From: a virus | DNA: 37,699 bases | Strand: one strand, 5' to 3' | Virus record (IMG/VR): IMGVR_UViG_3300028429_000330 | Shown: positions 5,794-12,912 of the stretch, in pieces | Layout: every line of letters begins with the position of its first letter | Position numbering within the stretch: position 1 is the first letter of the stretch | Made by a program: the position numbers and the translations under genes | Notes under the pieces: generated by a model | What the model saw: the letters and a program-made list of their open reading frames with translations, nothing else | The model's database searches: none | Told to the model about the DNA's origin: nothing

Positions 5794-7334
5794 GCCGCCA
5801 CCATGCCGGCATCGATCGCCGCCTCGTGCGCAAAGTTCGCCCGCACCAGCGCCGCAGCGATCGGCGGGCAGACGCTGTTGCCGCACATGCGCACCTGCGC
5901 GTGCTTGGGCAGCGGGCGGCCGTTGTGCTGGAACTCGATCAAGTAGCTGTCGGGGAAGCCCTGCGCCCGGTACAGCTCCCGAGGCTGCAGCATGCGCATG
6001 CCGATGTCGGCGATGGCGTACTGCTCGCCGGCCACGGTGACCAGGCCAAAGCGGTCGCGCGTGGTGACCGTGTGCATCGGCTCGGTCAGCCGTGGATCCT
6101 GGTCGGTGCCGTAGAACTTCAGCAGCAGCGCGCGGACCTCGGCGAAGTGGGTGCCGTGCGCGGCGATGGTCTGCAACGGCTCGTCCGTGCCGTGGCCCGT
6201 GTTGGTGCCGCGCAGCTTGGTGATCGTACTGGCCACCAGCCCGTGATGGTCCTGCGTGGTGATGGTGTCGGTCGGGCGGTCCGCGGCTACGCCCGGCGTC
6301 TCGTTGCCGCCGTAGTGCTTGGCGAGGAACGCGGCCACCAGGGCGTGCTTCTGGCCGCCGGCGACCACGGTGCCGAGCGGCTTGTCGATGCCAGGCACGC
6401 GCGGCGCCTGGCCCTCGCGCTCGCCGTAGCCGGTCTGCACAAGCGTCGGCGCGCAAAGGGCCAGCTCGCCGCCGTTGGCGGTGGTCAGCGTGCGCACGGG
6501 CTCGTCGATGGGGTGCACGCGCGCATCGCCGGTGTGAGTTAGCGGCACGATGAACGGGTTGCCGCTGTTCACCACGTACTTCATCACCCCGCGCGCGATC
6601 CGGCGCAGCGTGTTCTCGGCCAGCGGCCGGCTGCGCTTGAAGATCGACGGGCACGGCAGCGACCAGTCGATGCACTCGGCCGCGCTGCGGTACGGCAGGC
6701 GGCCGGGTCCGTGCGTGGGCTCCGGCCAAACGACCGGCAGGCCGTCGCAGCGCGCGATGACAAAGAGGCGCTTGCGGGTCGTCGGAGCGCCGTAATCGCA
6801 GGCGCGCAGCTCGCGGTGCTCGACCTTGTAGCCGAATCGCCGCAGCTGGTTCAGCCACAGCGTGAAGGTCTTGCCGCGCCCGCGTGGGCACGGCTTGCCG
6901 TCCTCGGTCAGCGGTCCCCAGTCGGCAAACTCCTCGACGTTCTCCAGCATGATCACGCGAGGCCGCACGCGCTTGGCCCAGCGGATCACCACCCAGGCCA
7001 GCCCGCGCACTCGAGGTGAACGCGGCGCCCCGCCCTTGGCCTTGCTGTGATGTGTGCAGTCCGGGCTGAACCAGGCAAGGCCCACCGGCTGATTGCCCGT
7101 GATCTCGGTCGGCTCCACCTTGAACACCGACTCGCAGTAGTGCACGGTCGACGGATGGTTGACCCGGTGCATGGCGATGGCCTCCGGGTCGTGGTTGATC
7201 GCAATGTCGACCGGGCGGCCGACGGCCTGCTCGATGCCGGTGCTGGCACCGCCGCCGCCGGCAAAGTTGTCGACGATGAGCTCGGCGCGCAGGCCAAGCG
7301 GCAGGGTGAAGGCGTCGCGCTTCACCCCTGGCAC
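5790..7334 (-). CDS. DNA (cytosine-5)-methyltransferase
   Basis: ORF track 514 aa. Motif I DNFAGGGGAS, motif IV WFSPDCTHHS (PC), motif VI IMLENVEEF, motif VIII AQGFPDSY, motif X CGNSVCPPIA. Confidence 0.9.
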   Translation of the reverse strand: MPGVKRDAFTLPLGLRAELIVDNFAGGGGASTGIEQAVGRPVDIAINHDPEAIAMHRVNHPSTVHYCESVFKVEPTEITGNQPVGLAWFSPDCTHHSKAKGGAPRSPRVRGLAWVVIRWAKRVRPRVIMLENVEEFADWGPLTEDGKPCPRGRGKTFTLWLNQLRRFGYKVEHRELRACDYGAPTTRKRLFVIARCDGLPVVWPEPTHGPGRLPYRSAAECIDWSLPCPSIFKRSRPLAENTLRRIARGVMKYVVNSGNPFIVPLTHTGDARVHPIDEPVRTLTTANGGELALCAPTLVQTGYGEREGQAPRVPGIDKPLGTVVAGGQKHALVAAFLAKHYGGNETPGVAADRPTDTITTQDHHGLVASTITKLRGTNTGHGTDEPLQTIAAHGTHFAEVRALLLKFYGTDQDPRLTEPMHTVTTRDRFGLVTVAGEQYAIADIGMRMLQPRELYRAQGFPDSYLIEFQHNGRPLPKHAQVRMCGNSVCPPIAAALVRANFAHEAAIDAGMVAA

Positions 7335-7696
7335 CCCTTGCCAATGGCCCCGGCGTCATTGCTGGCAGTGAACCGCTGCCACGGGATCCAGCCCTCGCGC
7401 TCGCAGTGGAAGCCCCAGGTGCGCAGGCGCGGGCCGGTGATGAAGAGGGTGGTGCAAGGCTTGGGCTGGCGCACGCGCCGCACCACGCCGTCGGGCAGTC
7501 GCTCGGTGGTGCGGGTGAGCTCCAGCTCGATGCGGTGCGCACTCCACGGCGACCGCAGCTTGAGCTCGCCGGCCACGCGTCGCGCGCGGCGGTGGATGCC
7601 GCCGGCGGCGATCTCGCGCTCGATGGTCTTCATCGACACGCCGAGCTGCGCCGCGGCGTCGCGCAGCGTGAGCAGTTGTTGTTCAGCGGGTTTCAC
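7322..7696 (-). CDS. Excisionase/MerR-type helix-turn-helix DNA-binding protein (candidate Xis or regulator)
   Basis: GTG 7696. N-terminus LLTLRDAAAQLGVSMKTIEREIAAGGI matches the excisionase-family HTH pattern. The C-terminal 80 aa are unassigned. Overlaps the methyltransferase start by 13 nt. Confidence 0.6.
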   Translation of the reverse strand: MKPAEQQLLTLRDAAAQLGVSMKTIEREIAAGGIHRRARRVAGELKLRSPWSAHRIELELTRTTERLPDGVVRRVRQPKPCTTLFITGPRLRTWGFHCEREGWIPWQRFTASNDAGAIGKGCQG

Positions 7697-7825
7697 GGAT
7701 TGGTTATGCGGTCGGTCGGCTGCGGATTGAGCTGGGCAATCAATCAGTTGCGCGCGGATGTTCTCGTTGAGCCGAGGCAGGTTATTCGGCGGCCGGTGCG
7801 ATCGAAATCAAGTTAGATGCGCCAG

Positions 7826-8674
7826 TCAATCGGTGCATCCGATGCACTCGATGCCGTCCTCCGCTTCGGCGGCAGCGTGCCCAAAGGCATCGGCTTGCGC
7901 CTCCGTGAAGGCCAGCATCTGTGCGTAACTCGGGCGGTCTTTCCTGAAGGTGCCGCCGTTCTGAATATTCGCGTTCGTGATGCTGCTCTCCTGCTTGGCC
8001 CACCACACCCCGCGCCGCGGGTTCTCGGCAATGAGGCTCATCACAATGGCGCTGTGCTTCAAAAAGCACAGGTCGCAATTGCCGTGCATGGTCGCGCCGT
8101 TCACGTTCGGCAACGCCAGGTCAAACGGGGCGGTCTGCCAGTAGCGGCCCACTTCCTGCCGCGTCACGCCCAGGTCGGCCAGCGGGGCGCGGCGCTCAAT
8201 GCCGCGCGTGCCGCCACTCGGGTCGGCGCGCAGCTTCGCTATGCGCTTCGGCTCGTCAGCCCGCAGGCCCACCAGCACCTCGAATTCCTCGTGCCCCAGG
8301 CTGCGCATGTAGTCCGCGATGCGCAGTATCTTTAGCTCCACCGTGCAGAACCGCGCCACCGGGTTCGGGAGGTAGTTGCGCTTCCGAATCAGCGCCTCGA
8401 ACGGTTCTCCATTCCTGCTGGCGGTGTGGAAGTTCACTTGCCGCCAGCCTTCGCCGAAGTCGCAATACTCCACCCAGGCAATCGGCACGCGCCAGTAGCG
8501 GGCGCAGTCTTCCACAAACCGCAGCGTCTTCTCGTCTTCCTTGCCGGTGTTGGCAAACACCACATGGCAGTCGGGCGGCAGCGTGCCGCCGTGCGCGTCC
8601 AGCAGCAGGCGCAGCATGTAGGCGCTCGTCCTGCCTCCGCTGAAACTCACTACCGTTGGTCCGTCAATCGTCAT
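7826..8674 (-). CDS. PAPS-reductase-family PP-loop protein with C-terminal Cys cluster (DndC/APS-reductase-like)
   Basis: ORF 7826..8704; ATG 8674 preferred (GGAG SD 7 nt upstream). PP-loop VVSFSGGRTSAYM. Cys pairs HGNCDLCF and IECIGC suggest an Fe-S site. Confidence 0.8.
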   Translation of the reverse strand: MTIDGPTVVSFSGGRTSAYMLRLLLDAHGGTLPPDCHVVFANTGKEDEKTLRFVEDCARYWRVPIAWVEYCDFGEGWRQVNFHTASRNGEPFEALIRKRNYLPNPVARFCTVELKILRIADYMRSLGHEEFEVLVGLRADEPKRIAKLRADPSGGTRGIERRAPLADLGVTRQEVGRYWQTAPFDLALPNVNGATMHGNCDLCFLKHSAIVMSLIAENPRRGVWWAKQESSITNANIQNGGTFRKDRPSYAQMLAFTEAQADAFGHAAAEAEDGIECIGCTD

Positions 8675-8704
8675 TCGTTCGCTCCGGATACGCGCATCTA
8701 ACAC

Positions 8705-8745
8705 CCGGGTCGAGCTGACCCGCCGCTGGCGGGCAGCTCACCCGG
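8705..8745 (-). other. Long GC-rich hairpin immediately downstream of 8750..9028
   Basis: CCGGGT-C-GAGCTG-A-CCCGCC-gct-GGCGGG-CAGCTC-ACCCGG: 18 paired positions with two single-nt bulges. No U-run on the transcribed (-) strand. Confidence 0.5.
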
Positions 8746-8749
8746 CCCG

Positions 8750-9028
8750 TTAGGCCTTCTTGTCGCGGTCCATGCGCATCAGCGCTTCGCCCATGCCGCG
8801 CACAAGCGCGCGCATCAGAATCCACGTCTCCACATCCACAACCTTGATGCCGTCGCCGGTGGGCCCGCGGTAGATCACGCCGGGCCAGGGGTCGTCGGTC
8901 GTCCAGCGCTCATCGAACAGCAGGCGCTCCGCTTCCACCAGCTTGGCACGCTGCTCCAGCCACTTCGCTTCTGCCGCCTCGCGTGCGGGCTTGTCGTCAA
9001 TGAAGGCTTGCCACTGTTGCTTGTCCAT
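8750..9028 (-). CDS. Hypothetical 92-aa protein (cassette B, ORF2)
   Basis: ORF track. ATG 9028 preceded by GGAGAGGAAG SD, which is part of the conserved element. No motif recognised. Confidence 0.6.
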   Translation of the reverse strand: MDKQQWQAFIDDKPAREAAEAKWLEQRAKLVEAERLLFDERWTTDDPWPGVIYRGPTGDGIKVVDVETWILMRALVRGMGEALMRMDRDKKA

Positions 9029-9050
9029 GCTCTTCCTCTCCGGCCACCAG

Positions 9051-9107
9051 GCCTAACTGTCGGTTCAAGCGGACGCCGTGCCGGCGCCGCTTAACCTGGC
9101 GTTAGGC
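9051..9107 (-). promoter_or_regulatory. Conserved 57-nt imperfect hairpin element, copy B
   Basis: P1 GCCUAAC/GUUAGGC, P2 GGUUAAGCGG/CCGCUU(G)AACC, P3 CGCCG-GCA-CGGCG. Same length, orientation and position (upstream of an SD+ATG) as 3595..3651. Confidence 0.55.
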
Positions 9108-9140
9108 AGCCCCAATACATGCAGGCCGCCAGTCGTTGCT

Positions 9141-9371
9141 TCAGGCAAAGTCGTTGGTGCGCAACAGCTTCGGCATCGTGACGCTGCGGCCTTGGTTGCG
9201 CAGTCCTTCCACGTTTTCAGTCGTGCGACCCGGCATGCGCACCAGCAGGTTGCCGGTCTTCTTGTCCACGGTGTAAACCACCTTCAGGCCGTCGACCACC
9301 ATGTATTCGTCATCCATCCATGGGCGAGTTCTACGGCCAGCGACATCGGGGGCCAGTTCAGTCATCTGCAT
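9141..9371 (-). CDS. Hypothetical 76-aa protein (cassette B, ORF1; paralog of 3608..3760)
   Basis: ATG 9371 inside ORF 9141..9401, AAGGAA SD. The segment MVVDGLKVVYTVDKKTGNLLVRMPGRTTENVEG aligns with the 3608..3760 product. Confidence 0.55.
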   Translation of the reverse strand: MQMTELAPDVAGRRTRPWMDDEYMVVDGLKVVYTVDKKTGNLLVRMPGRTTENVEGLRNQGRSVTMPKLLRTNDFA

Positions 9372-9588
9372 TGCTTCGTTCCTTTTGTTTGGCGGCGTCA
9401 AGGGTGCCGCCTAACCCGTCATTCGAGCCGACCTTCGGCGGCTCAATTCCCACGTTGCGCGGCAGGATGAGCCAGCGCAGCAGGTAGGGCGAAGCCTCAC
9501 CGCCGATGATGAAGTCGGGCCGGCGGCTGGTAATCACGCGCTGGGCCCAGGCGGCCAGGCGGCGGGTGATGAAGGCGGGCAGGTGCAT
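9358..9588 (-). CDS. Hypothetical 76-aa protein; possibly the N-terminal remnant of a longer phage gene
   Basis: ORF track. RPDFIIGGEASPYLLRWLILPRN resembles the start of a roughly 150-aa phage family that I recall continuing with ..YLH.F..SD.DRALHDHPW. That continuation is absent here. The 3' end overlaps the 9141..9371 start. Confidence 0.4.
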   Translation of the reverse strand: MHLPAFITRRLAAWAQRVITSRRPDFIIGGEASPYLLRWLILPRNVGIEPPKVGSNDGLGGTLDAAKQKERSNADD

Positions 9589-9593
9589 GTGGG

Positions 9594-9800
9594 TCAGTCG
9601 TCGTTATGTGCGGCCAGCGCCTTGGGGTCTGGCCGGCGGTTGCGGTTGGGGTTGCGGATGAAGGCCACGCCGATCTCCAGGGCCGTGCGCCGGTAAGGCA
9701 GCAGCAGCGCCGCGCGGAAGCTCACGCCGCAGCGGTGCAGGCCGCTGCGGTGGTAGGCCTCGAGCAGCTCGGCCTCGGTGGCGGGCGGGGTCAGGGCCAC
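9594..9800 (-). CDS. Hypothetical 68-aa protein
   Basis: GTG 9800 inside ORF 9594..9968, 2 nt after the upstream stop. GC3-rich frame (ALTPPATEAELLEAYHRSGLHRCGVSF...). Confidence 0.45.
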   Translation of the reverse strand: MALTPPATEAELLEAYHRSGLHRCGVSFRAALLLPYRRTALEIGVAFIRNPNRNRRPDPKALAAHNDD

Positions 9801-9802
9801 GG

Positions 9803-9952
9803 TTACTCGGCGTGCTCGGGGCGCGGGTCGAACGGCACCAGCACCAGGTACAGCAGCGCGGTCTCGCGCTCGAGCAGCAGGTCGAGCCACTGCCAAAGCG
9901 CGAGGGCGAAGGCGCAGCTGGCGAACCAGAGGGGCAGGGCGGCGGTCAGCAC
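9803..9952 (-). CDS. Hypothetical 49-aa single-pass membrane peptide
   Basis: GTG 9952 overlaps the upstream stop region. Sequence VLTAALPLWFASCAFALALWQWLDLLLERETALLYLVLVPFDPRPEHAE. It is the tail of ORF 9803..10294. Confidence 0.35.
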   Translation of the reverse strand: MLTAALPLWFASCAFALALWQWLDLLLERETALLYLVLVPFDPRPEHAE

Positions 9953-10206
9953 ACGCGGCCCAGCACATTGCGCGAAAACTCGCTGGCCAGAGCGAACACC
10001 CGCTCGCGGTCGCCCACGCGCGAGGCCAGGAAGATGGCCGCGATGGTGGTGTTGGCGGTCGCCTGCAGCCTCTCGGTCACCATGGCCTGCAGCTGCACCA
10101 GCTCGTCGTGGTCGAGGTCGTCGACAATGCTTGCCAGGTCGAGATCGACGTCGACGCAGGTTGAAACGTCGACCGTCGTGTTGATGGTGAGGCGGCTCTT
10201 GCTCAT
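9946..10206 (-). CDS. Hypothetical 86-aa acidic protein
   Basis: ATG 10206 (AAGGGGGAG SD, ATGA overlap with the upstream stop) inside ORF 9946..10410. Begins MSKSRLTINTTVDVSTCVDVDLDLASIVDDLDHDELVQLQ... Confidence 0.6.
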   Translation of the reverse strand: MSKSRLTINTTVDVSTCVDVDLDLASIVDDLDHDELVQLQAMVTERLQATANTTIAAIFLASRVGDRERVFALASEFSRNVLGRVC

Positions 10207-10511
10207 CGCTGCTCCCCCTTCGCCAGCGGGCTCCCCAGCGGCGCCCGCGCCTTGTTGAGCAGCCGGCCGCTGCCGCCGGCACACACCCACACATCGTCGA
10301 TGGGGTACTGGCCGGTGATGAGCACGGCGCGCTCTTGCTCGGTGCACAGGCCTACGGCGGCCTGGCGGTCGGCCTGCATGAGCAGGCGCGCGTCGCGCTG
10401 GCCGACCCACATGCCCCAGGGCCAGATCACCAGCAGCGCGGCCACGCTGGCGACTGCAAGGCCGGCGGTGAAGCCGAAGACGTACTCAATGCGGTCGATG
10501 CGCGGCCTCAC
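10203..10511 (-). CDS. Hypothetical 102-aa membrane-anchored protein
   Basis: GTG 10511 (GTGA overlap with the upstream stop) inside ORF 10203..10670. TM segment YVFGFTAGLAVASVAALLVIWPWGMW. Confidence 0.5.
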   Translation of the reverse strand: MRPRIDRIEYVFGFTAGLAVASVAALLVIWPWGMWVGQRDARLLMQADRQAAVGLCTEQERAVLITGQYPIDDVWVCAGGSGRLLNKARAPLGSPLAKGEQR

Positions 10512-10915
10512 GAGCGCGCTCCCGATGCGATGCCGCCCTCGCGCGCCGCTTTGCGGGCGCGGCAGCGCGCCACGTGGCACGGCTTGCAGTACGCGTGCAA
10601 ACGCAATCGTCCCCGGATCGTCAGCGAGTAATAGTGCGCCGCCGGCTTGACCTCGGAGCACAGTGCGCACCGCTTCTGGTCCGGTAGCGGGACGGGCGGC
10701 GTACGAGTGCGCTCGCGCCCTCGGATGGGCGCGGCGTCCGGAAGGGTCGGCGGCGGCATCGTGACGCGGCGCGGTTCGAGCACAAGCTCAACACCGGGAT
10801 GGCTGAGCTGCACGGCGCTGACCGTGAAGCCGCCCTGGCCGTCGGGCCGGCCGATGTAGTAGCGGTGGTGGGGCGTGCCGGCCAGGGGGCGGCGAAAGCA
10901 GACGGTGCGGTGCAT
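10508..10915 (-). CDS. Hypothetical protein with C-terminal C4 zinc-ribbon (CALC ... CKPC)
   Basis: ORF track 135 aa. ATG 10915 overlaps the upstream stop by 1 nt (TAATG). Contains KRCALCSEVKPAAHYYS...HAYCKPCHVARCRARK. Confidence 0.55.
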   Translation of the reverse strand: MHRTVCFRRPLAGTPHHRYYIGRPDGQGGFTVSAVQLSHPGVELVLEPRRVTMPPPTLPDAAPIRGRERTRTPPVPLPDQKRCALCSEVKPAAHYYSLTIRGRLRLHAYCKPCHVARCRARKAAREGGIASGARS

Positions 10916-11379
10916 TACGCCAGCCTCCAGACGCGGTACCGGCCGTCAAGCTCCTGGCGCTGCGTGGGCTTGGCGCCCAGGCGGCGCAGGGCGGAAGACA
11001 GGCCGTTGGCCTCATTGGCGGTGGCCACGGCCACGCTGTCGCCGGGCGCCATGTGTACGGCCACGCGCGCCCACTTGCCGAAGTGGCCGTTGATGGGTAG
11101 CGGCACGTTGCGCTCGATGGGGGGCAGGCCGTTGGCGGGCGCGCCGGTCGCGGCGGCTGGCGCCAAAGGGCTGGCGGGTTGGCTGGCGGGCTGCACTCTC
11201 ACGGTGGGCTGGCCTTTCTCGTTGGTGGTGACAACTCGCACCAGGCGCTCGGGGTTGCGCTCGGTGCGGCGTTGGGCGGCGGGGGTGCGCAGGGCGGCTT
11301 CACCCCACAGCGGGTCGGTGCCGTCGTCATCGCTCAGGCGGTGGCGGCGGCTGGTGGGCAGGTCGGCCATGCGGGTCAT
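10915..11379 (-). CDS. Hypothetical 154-aa protein
   Basis: ATG 11379 (ATGA overlap) inside ORF 10915..11424. No motif recognised. Confidence 0.55.
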   Translation of the reverse strand: MTRMADLPTSRRHRLSDDDGTDPLWGEAALRTPAAQRRTERNPERLVRVVTTNEKGQPTVRVQPASQPASPLAPAAATGAPANGLPPIERNVPLPINGHFGKWARVAVHMAPGDSVAVATANEANGLSSALRRLGAKPTQRQELDGRYRVWRLA

Positions 11380-11636
11380 CGCTTGGCCTCCGGCCACCAG
11401 ACGATGCAGTCGTCGAGCTCGCACCAGCGCCAGCTGCTCACGCTCCAGTGGCGCAGGTGGGCGCTGTCCAGGTGGTCGGCCAGGCGGCCGGGGTGGCGCA
11501 GCACGATGACGGCGCGGCCGGCGCCAGCCTGTACGTGGTCGATGTCGGCCTCGAGCTCAGCCAGGCGCATGACGGCCAGCTGCGCCAGCTGCAATCGGCC
11601 GGTGACGGCGGCGGCGGTGCGGGCGGTGGTGGTCAT
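11376..11636 (-). CDS. Hypothetical 86-aa protein
   Basis: ATG 11636 (ATGA overlap) inside ORF 11376..11897. Begins MTTTARTAAAVTGRLQLAQLAVMRLAELEADIDHV... Confidence 0.5.
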   Translation of the reverse strand: MTTTARTAAAVTGRLQLAQLAVMRLAELEADIDHVQAGAGRAVIVLRHPGRLADHLDSAHLRHWSVSSWRWCELDDCIVWWPEAKR

Positions 11637-11881
11637 GTGGTGGGTCTCCCGCCCAGCAGCAGGGTCTGCTGCAGCTCGTGCTCGGCCGCAAGCACCGGCT
11701 GCGCAATCTCCATGGTGTTGAGCCAGCGCACACAAGCGGCGCTCAGCGCGTCGAGCGCGGCGCGTTCTGCCGGGGTCTGCGGGCGCGGCAAGGTGGCGGC
11801 GTAGTGCGTGGCCGCGTCGGCCAGCGCGGTGCCGGCCTGCAGGCTCTGAATCAGCGCGTAGGCGCAGCGCAGGCGGTTCAC
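11633..11881 (-). CDS. Hypothetical 82-aa protein
   Basis: ORF track. ATGA overlaps on both sides. Confidence 0.55.
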   Translation of the reverse strand: MNRLRCAYALIQSLQAGTALADAATHYAATLPRPQTPAERAALDALSAACVRWLNTMEIAQPVLAAEHELQQTLLLGGRPTT

Positions 11882-12123
11882 GACTCACCCCGGCCACAGT
11901 AGAAATCGGCAGAGCCGGAGGGCAGGAAGTCCGGCGCGTCGAGGCAGTGGTGGGCCTCTTCCACGTCGGCGAGCATTGCCTCGATGGTGGTGCCCCGCAT
12001 GCAATTGGCCGCGTTGATGGCGCGGAAGTAGCTCTGCAGGTCGACGGGCTGGCCGCTGTAGGCGGCCATGTCCCGAATGATCGGGACGCGGTAGGAGAAG
12101 AGGGGAGAGCGTTGCACGTCCAA
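11878..12123 (-). CDS. Hypothetical protein, first gene of the early-left operon
   Basis: ORF track (TTG 12123). GTG 12117 is more likely, with GGAG 6 nt upstream. About 20 nt downstream of the predicted PL-like promoter. Confidence 0.55.
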   Translation of the reverse strand: MDVQRSPLFSYRVPIIRDMAAYSGQPVDLQSYFRAINAANCMRGTTIEAMLADVEEAHHCLDAPDFLPSGSADFYCGRGES

Positions 12124-12144
12124 CTCCGTCAGAAGACGGAGCGG

Positions 12145-12173
12145 ACGTTACCTACAGGTTAATCCTGTGTCAA
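12145..12173 (-). promoter_or_regulatory. Leftward early promoter (lambda PL analogue): -35 TTGACA, 17-bp spacer, -10 TAACGT
   Basis: Minus strand reads tttacctacgggtaTTGACAcaggattaacctgtaggTAACGTccgc. The -35 is at 12173-12168 and the -10 at 12150-12145. Both operator copies overlap it. Confidence 0.6.
12149..12160. promoter_or_regulatory. Operator-like site OL-a, TACCTACAGGTT (one mismatch to TACC-N4-GGTA)
   Basis: Lies in the spacer and -10 of the PL-like promoter. Shares its core with the sites at 12174, 13612 and 13662. Confidence 0.5.
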
Positions 12174-12185
12174 TACCCGTAGGTA
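12174..12185. promoter_or_regulatory. Operator-like site OL-b, TACCCGTAGGTA (TACC-N4-GGTA)
   Basis: Abuts the -35 hexamer and lies 5 nt from the stop codon of 12190..12900. Confidence 0.55.
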
Positions 12186-12189
12186 AATG

Positions 12190-12900
12190 TCAGGCGACCA
12201 GCCGGTCTACCAGCTCTTCGGGCAGGTAAACCCACACGCCGTAGTTGCGGTCCTTGCCGCGCACCTCGGCCGGGGCTGTGAGCTCGGGGGTGCCGCTGGA
12301 GACATTGAAGTGCGCGCACACCGCACCGGCGTAGCGCTTGGCTATCTCGCGCGGCAGGTAGCCCACCAGGCGGCCGGCCAGCTCAACGCGCACCGCGTTC
12401 TTGTCGTGCGCGTTGGTGGGCTCGGGCCGCAGCGTTGCGGTGAGCAGGCGCGGCGTGTTGAAAGACGCGTGGATCTCGGCAATCGGGCGCAGCGCGTCCT
12501 GGTAGTTGGACTCGCCCACCACCTCCAGCTCGTCGAGCCCGTCGGTGTGGGTGTCGTTGCTCAGGCTGCGCTTCACGTCTTCGGTGATCAGGTCGTGGCC
12601 GCAGTGCTTGCACTTGAAGGCATCGCGCAGCACCCACTCCGCACACGCGGGGCACTTGCGGTGCGTGGCTTCGGTGATTACGGGCTCGGCCGGCCTGGCG
12701 CTGGCCGCAGCGGCCGCCGCGGCCAACTGCGCGGCCTGCTGCTGGGTGCGCAGGTTGGGCAGCACCAGCACCAGCAGAATGCCAATGAGCGGCGAGAGCA
12801 GCACGCTCAACACAAACCAGCCAAAGCCGCTGCGCCCGCGGCTGCTGGCGGCCACACCGGCCACCACCGCGAACATGAACCACAGGAAGACGATCTCCAT
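12190..12900 (-). CDS. Membrane-anchored zinc-ribbon + HIRAN-domain protein, co-transcribed with the repressor (candidate exclusion/defence factor)
   Basis: ORF track 236 aa. Two N-terminal TM helices; CPAC-x10-CKHC zinc ribbon. C-terminal HIRAN hallmarks VVGESNYQ, LRPEPTNAHDKNAVRV, GRLVGYLPREIA. Starts 12 nt after the repressor stop, with GAGGGGG SD. Confidence 0.75.
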   Translation of the reverse strand: MEIVFLWFMFAVVAGVAASSRGRSGFGWFVLSVLLSPLIGILLVLVLPNLRTQQQAAQLAAAAAAASARPAEPVITEATHRKCPACAEWVLRDAFKCKHCGHDLITEDVKRSLSNDTHTDGLDELEVVGESNYQDALRPIAEIHASFNTPRLLTATLRPEPTNAHDKNAVRVELAGRLVGYLPREIAKRYAGAVCAHFNVSSGTPELTAPAEVRGKDRNYGVWVYLPEELVDRLVA

Positions 12901-12912
12901 GCGCGCACCCCC

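Noticed and set aside
5275-7542. 755-aa minus-strand ORF spanning the methyltransferase region
   Set aside because: Only its last 172 codons (from ATG 5793, ASCH-like protein) make sense. The upstream part is an alternative frame of the methyltransferase gene, whose own frame shows motifs I-X.
12124-12141. Hairpin CTCCGT-cagaag-ACGGAG, which would sequester the SD of the first early-left gene
   Set aside because: With the predicted -10 at 12150-12145, transcription would start near 12138. The 5' arm of the hairpin would then not be in the mRNA, so it is kept only as a note.
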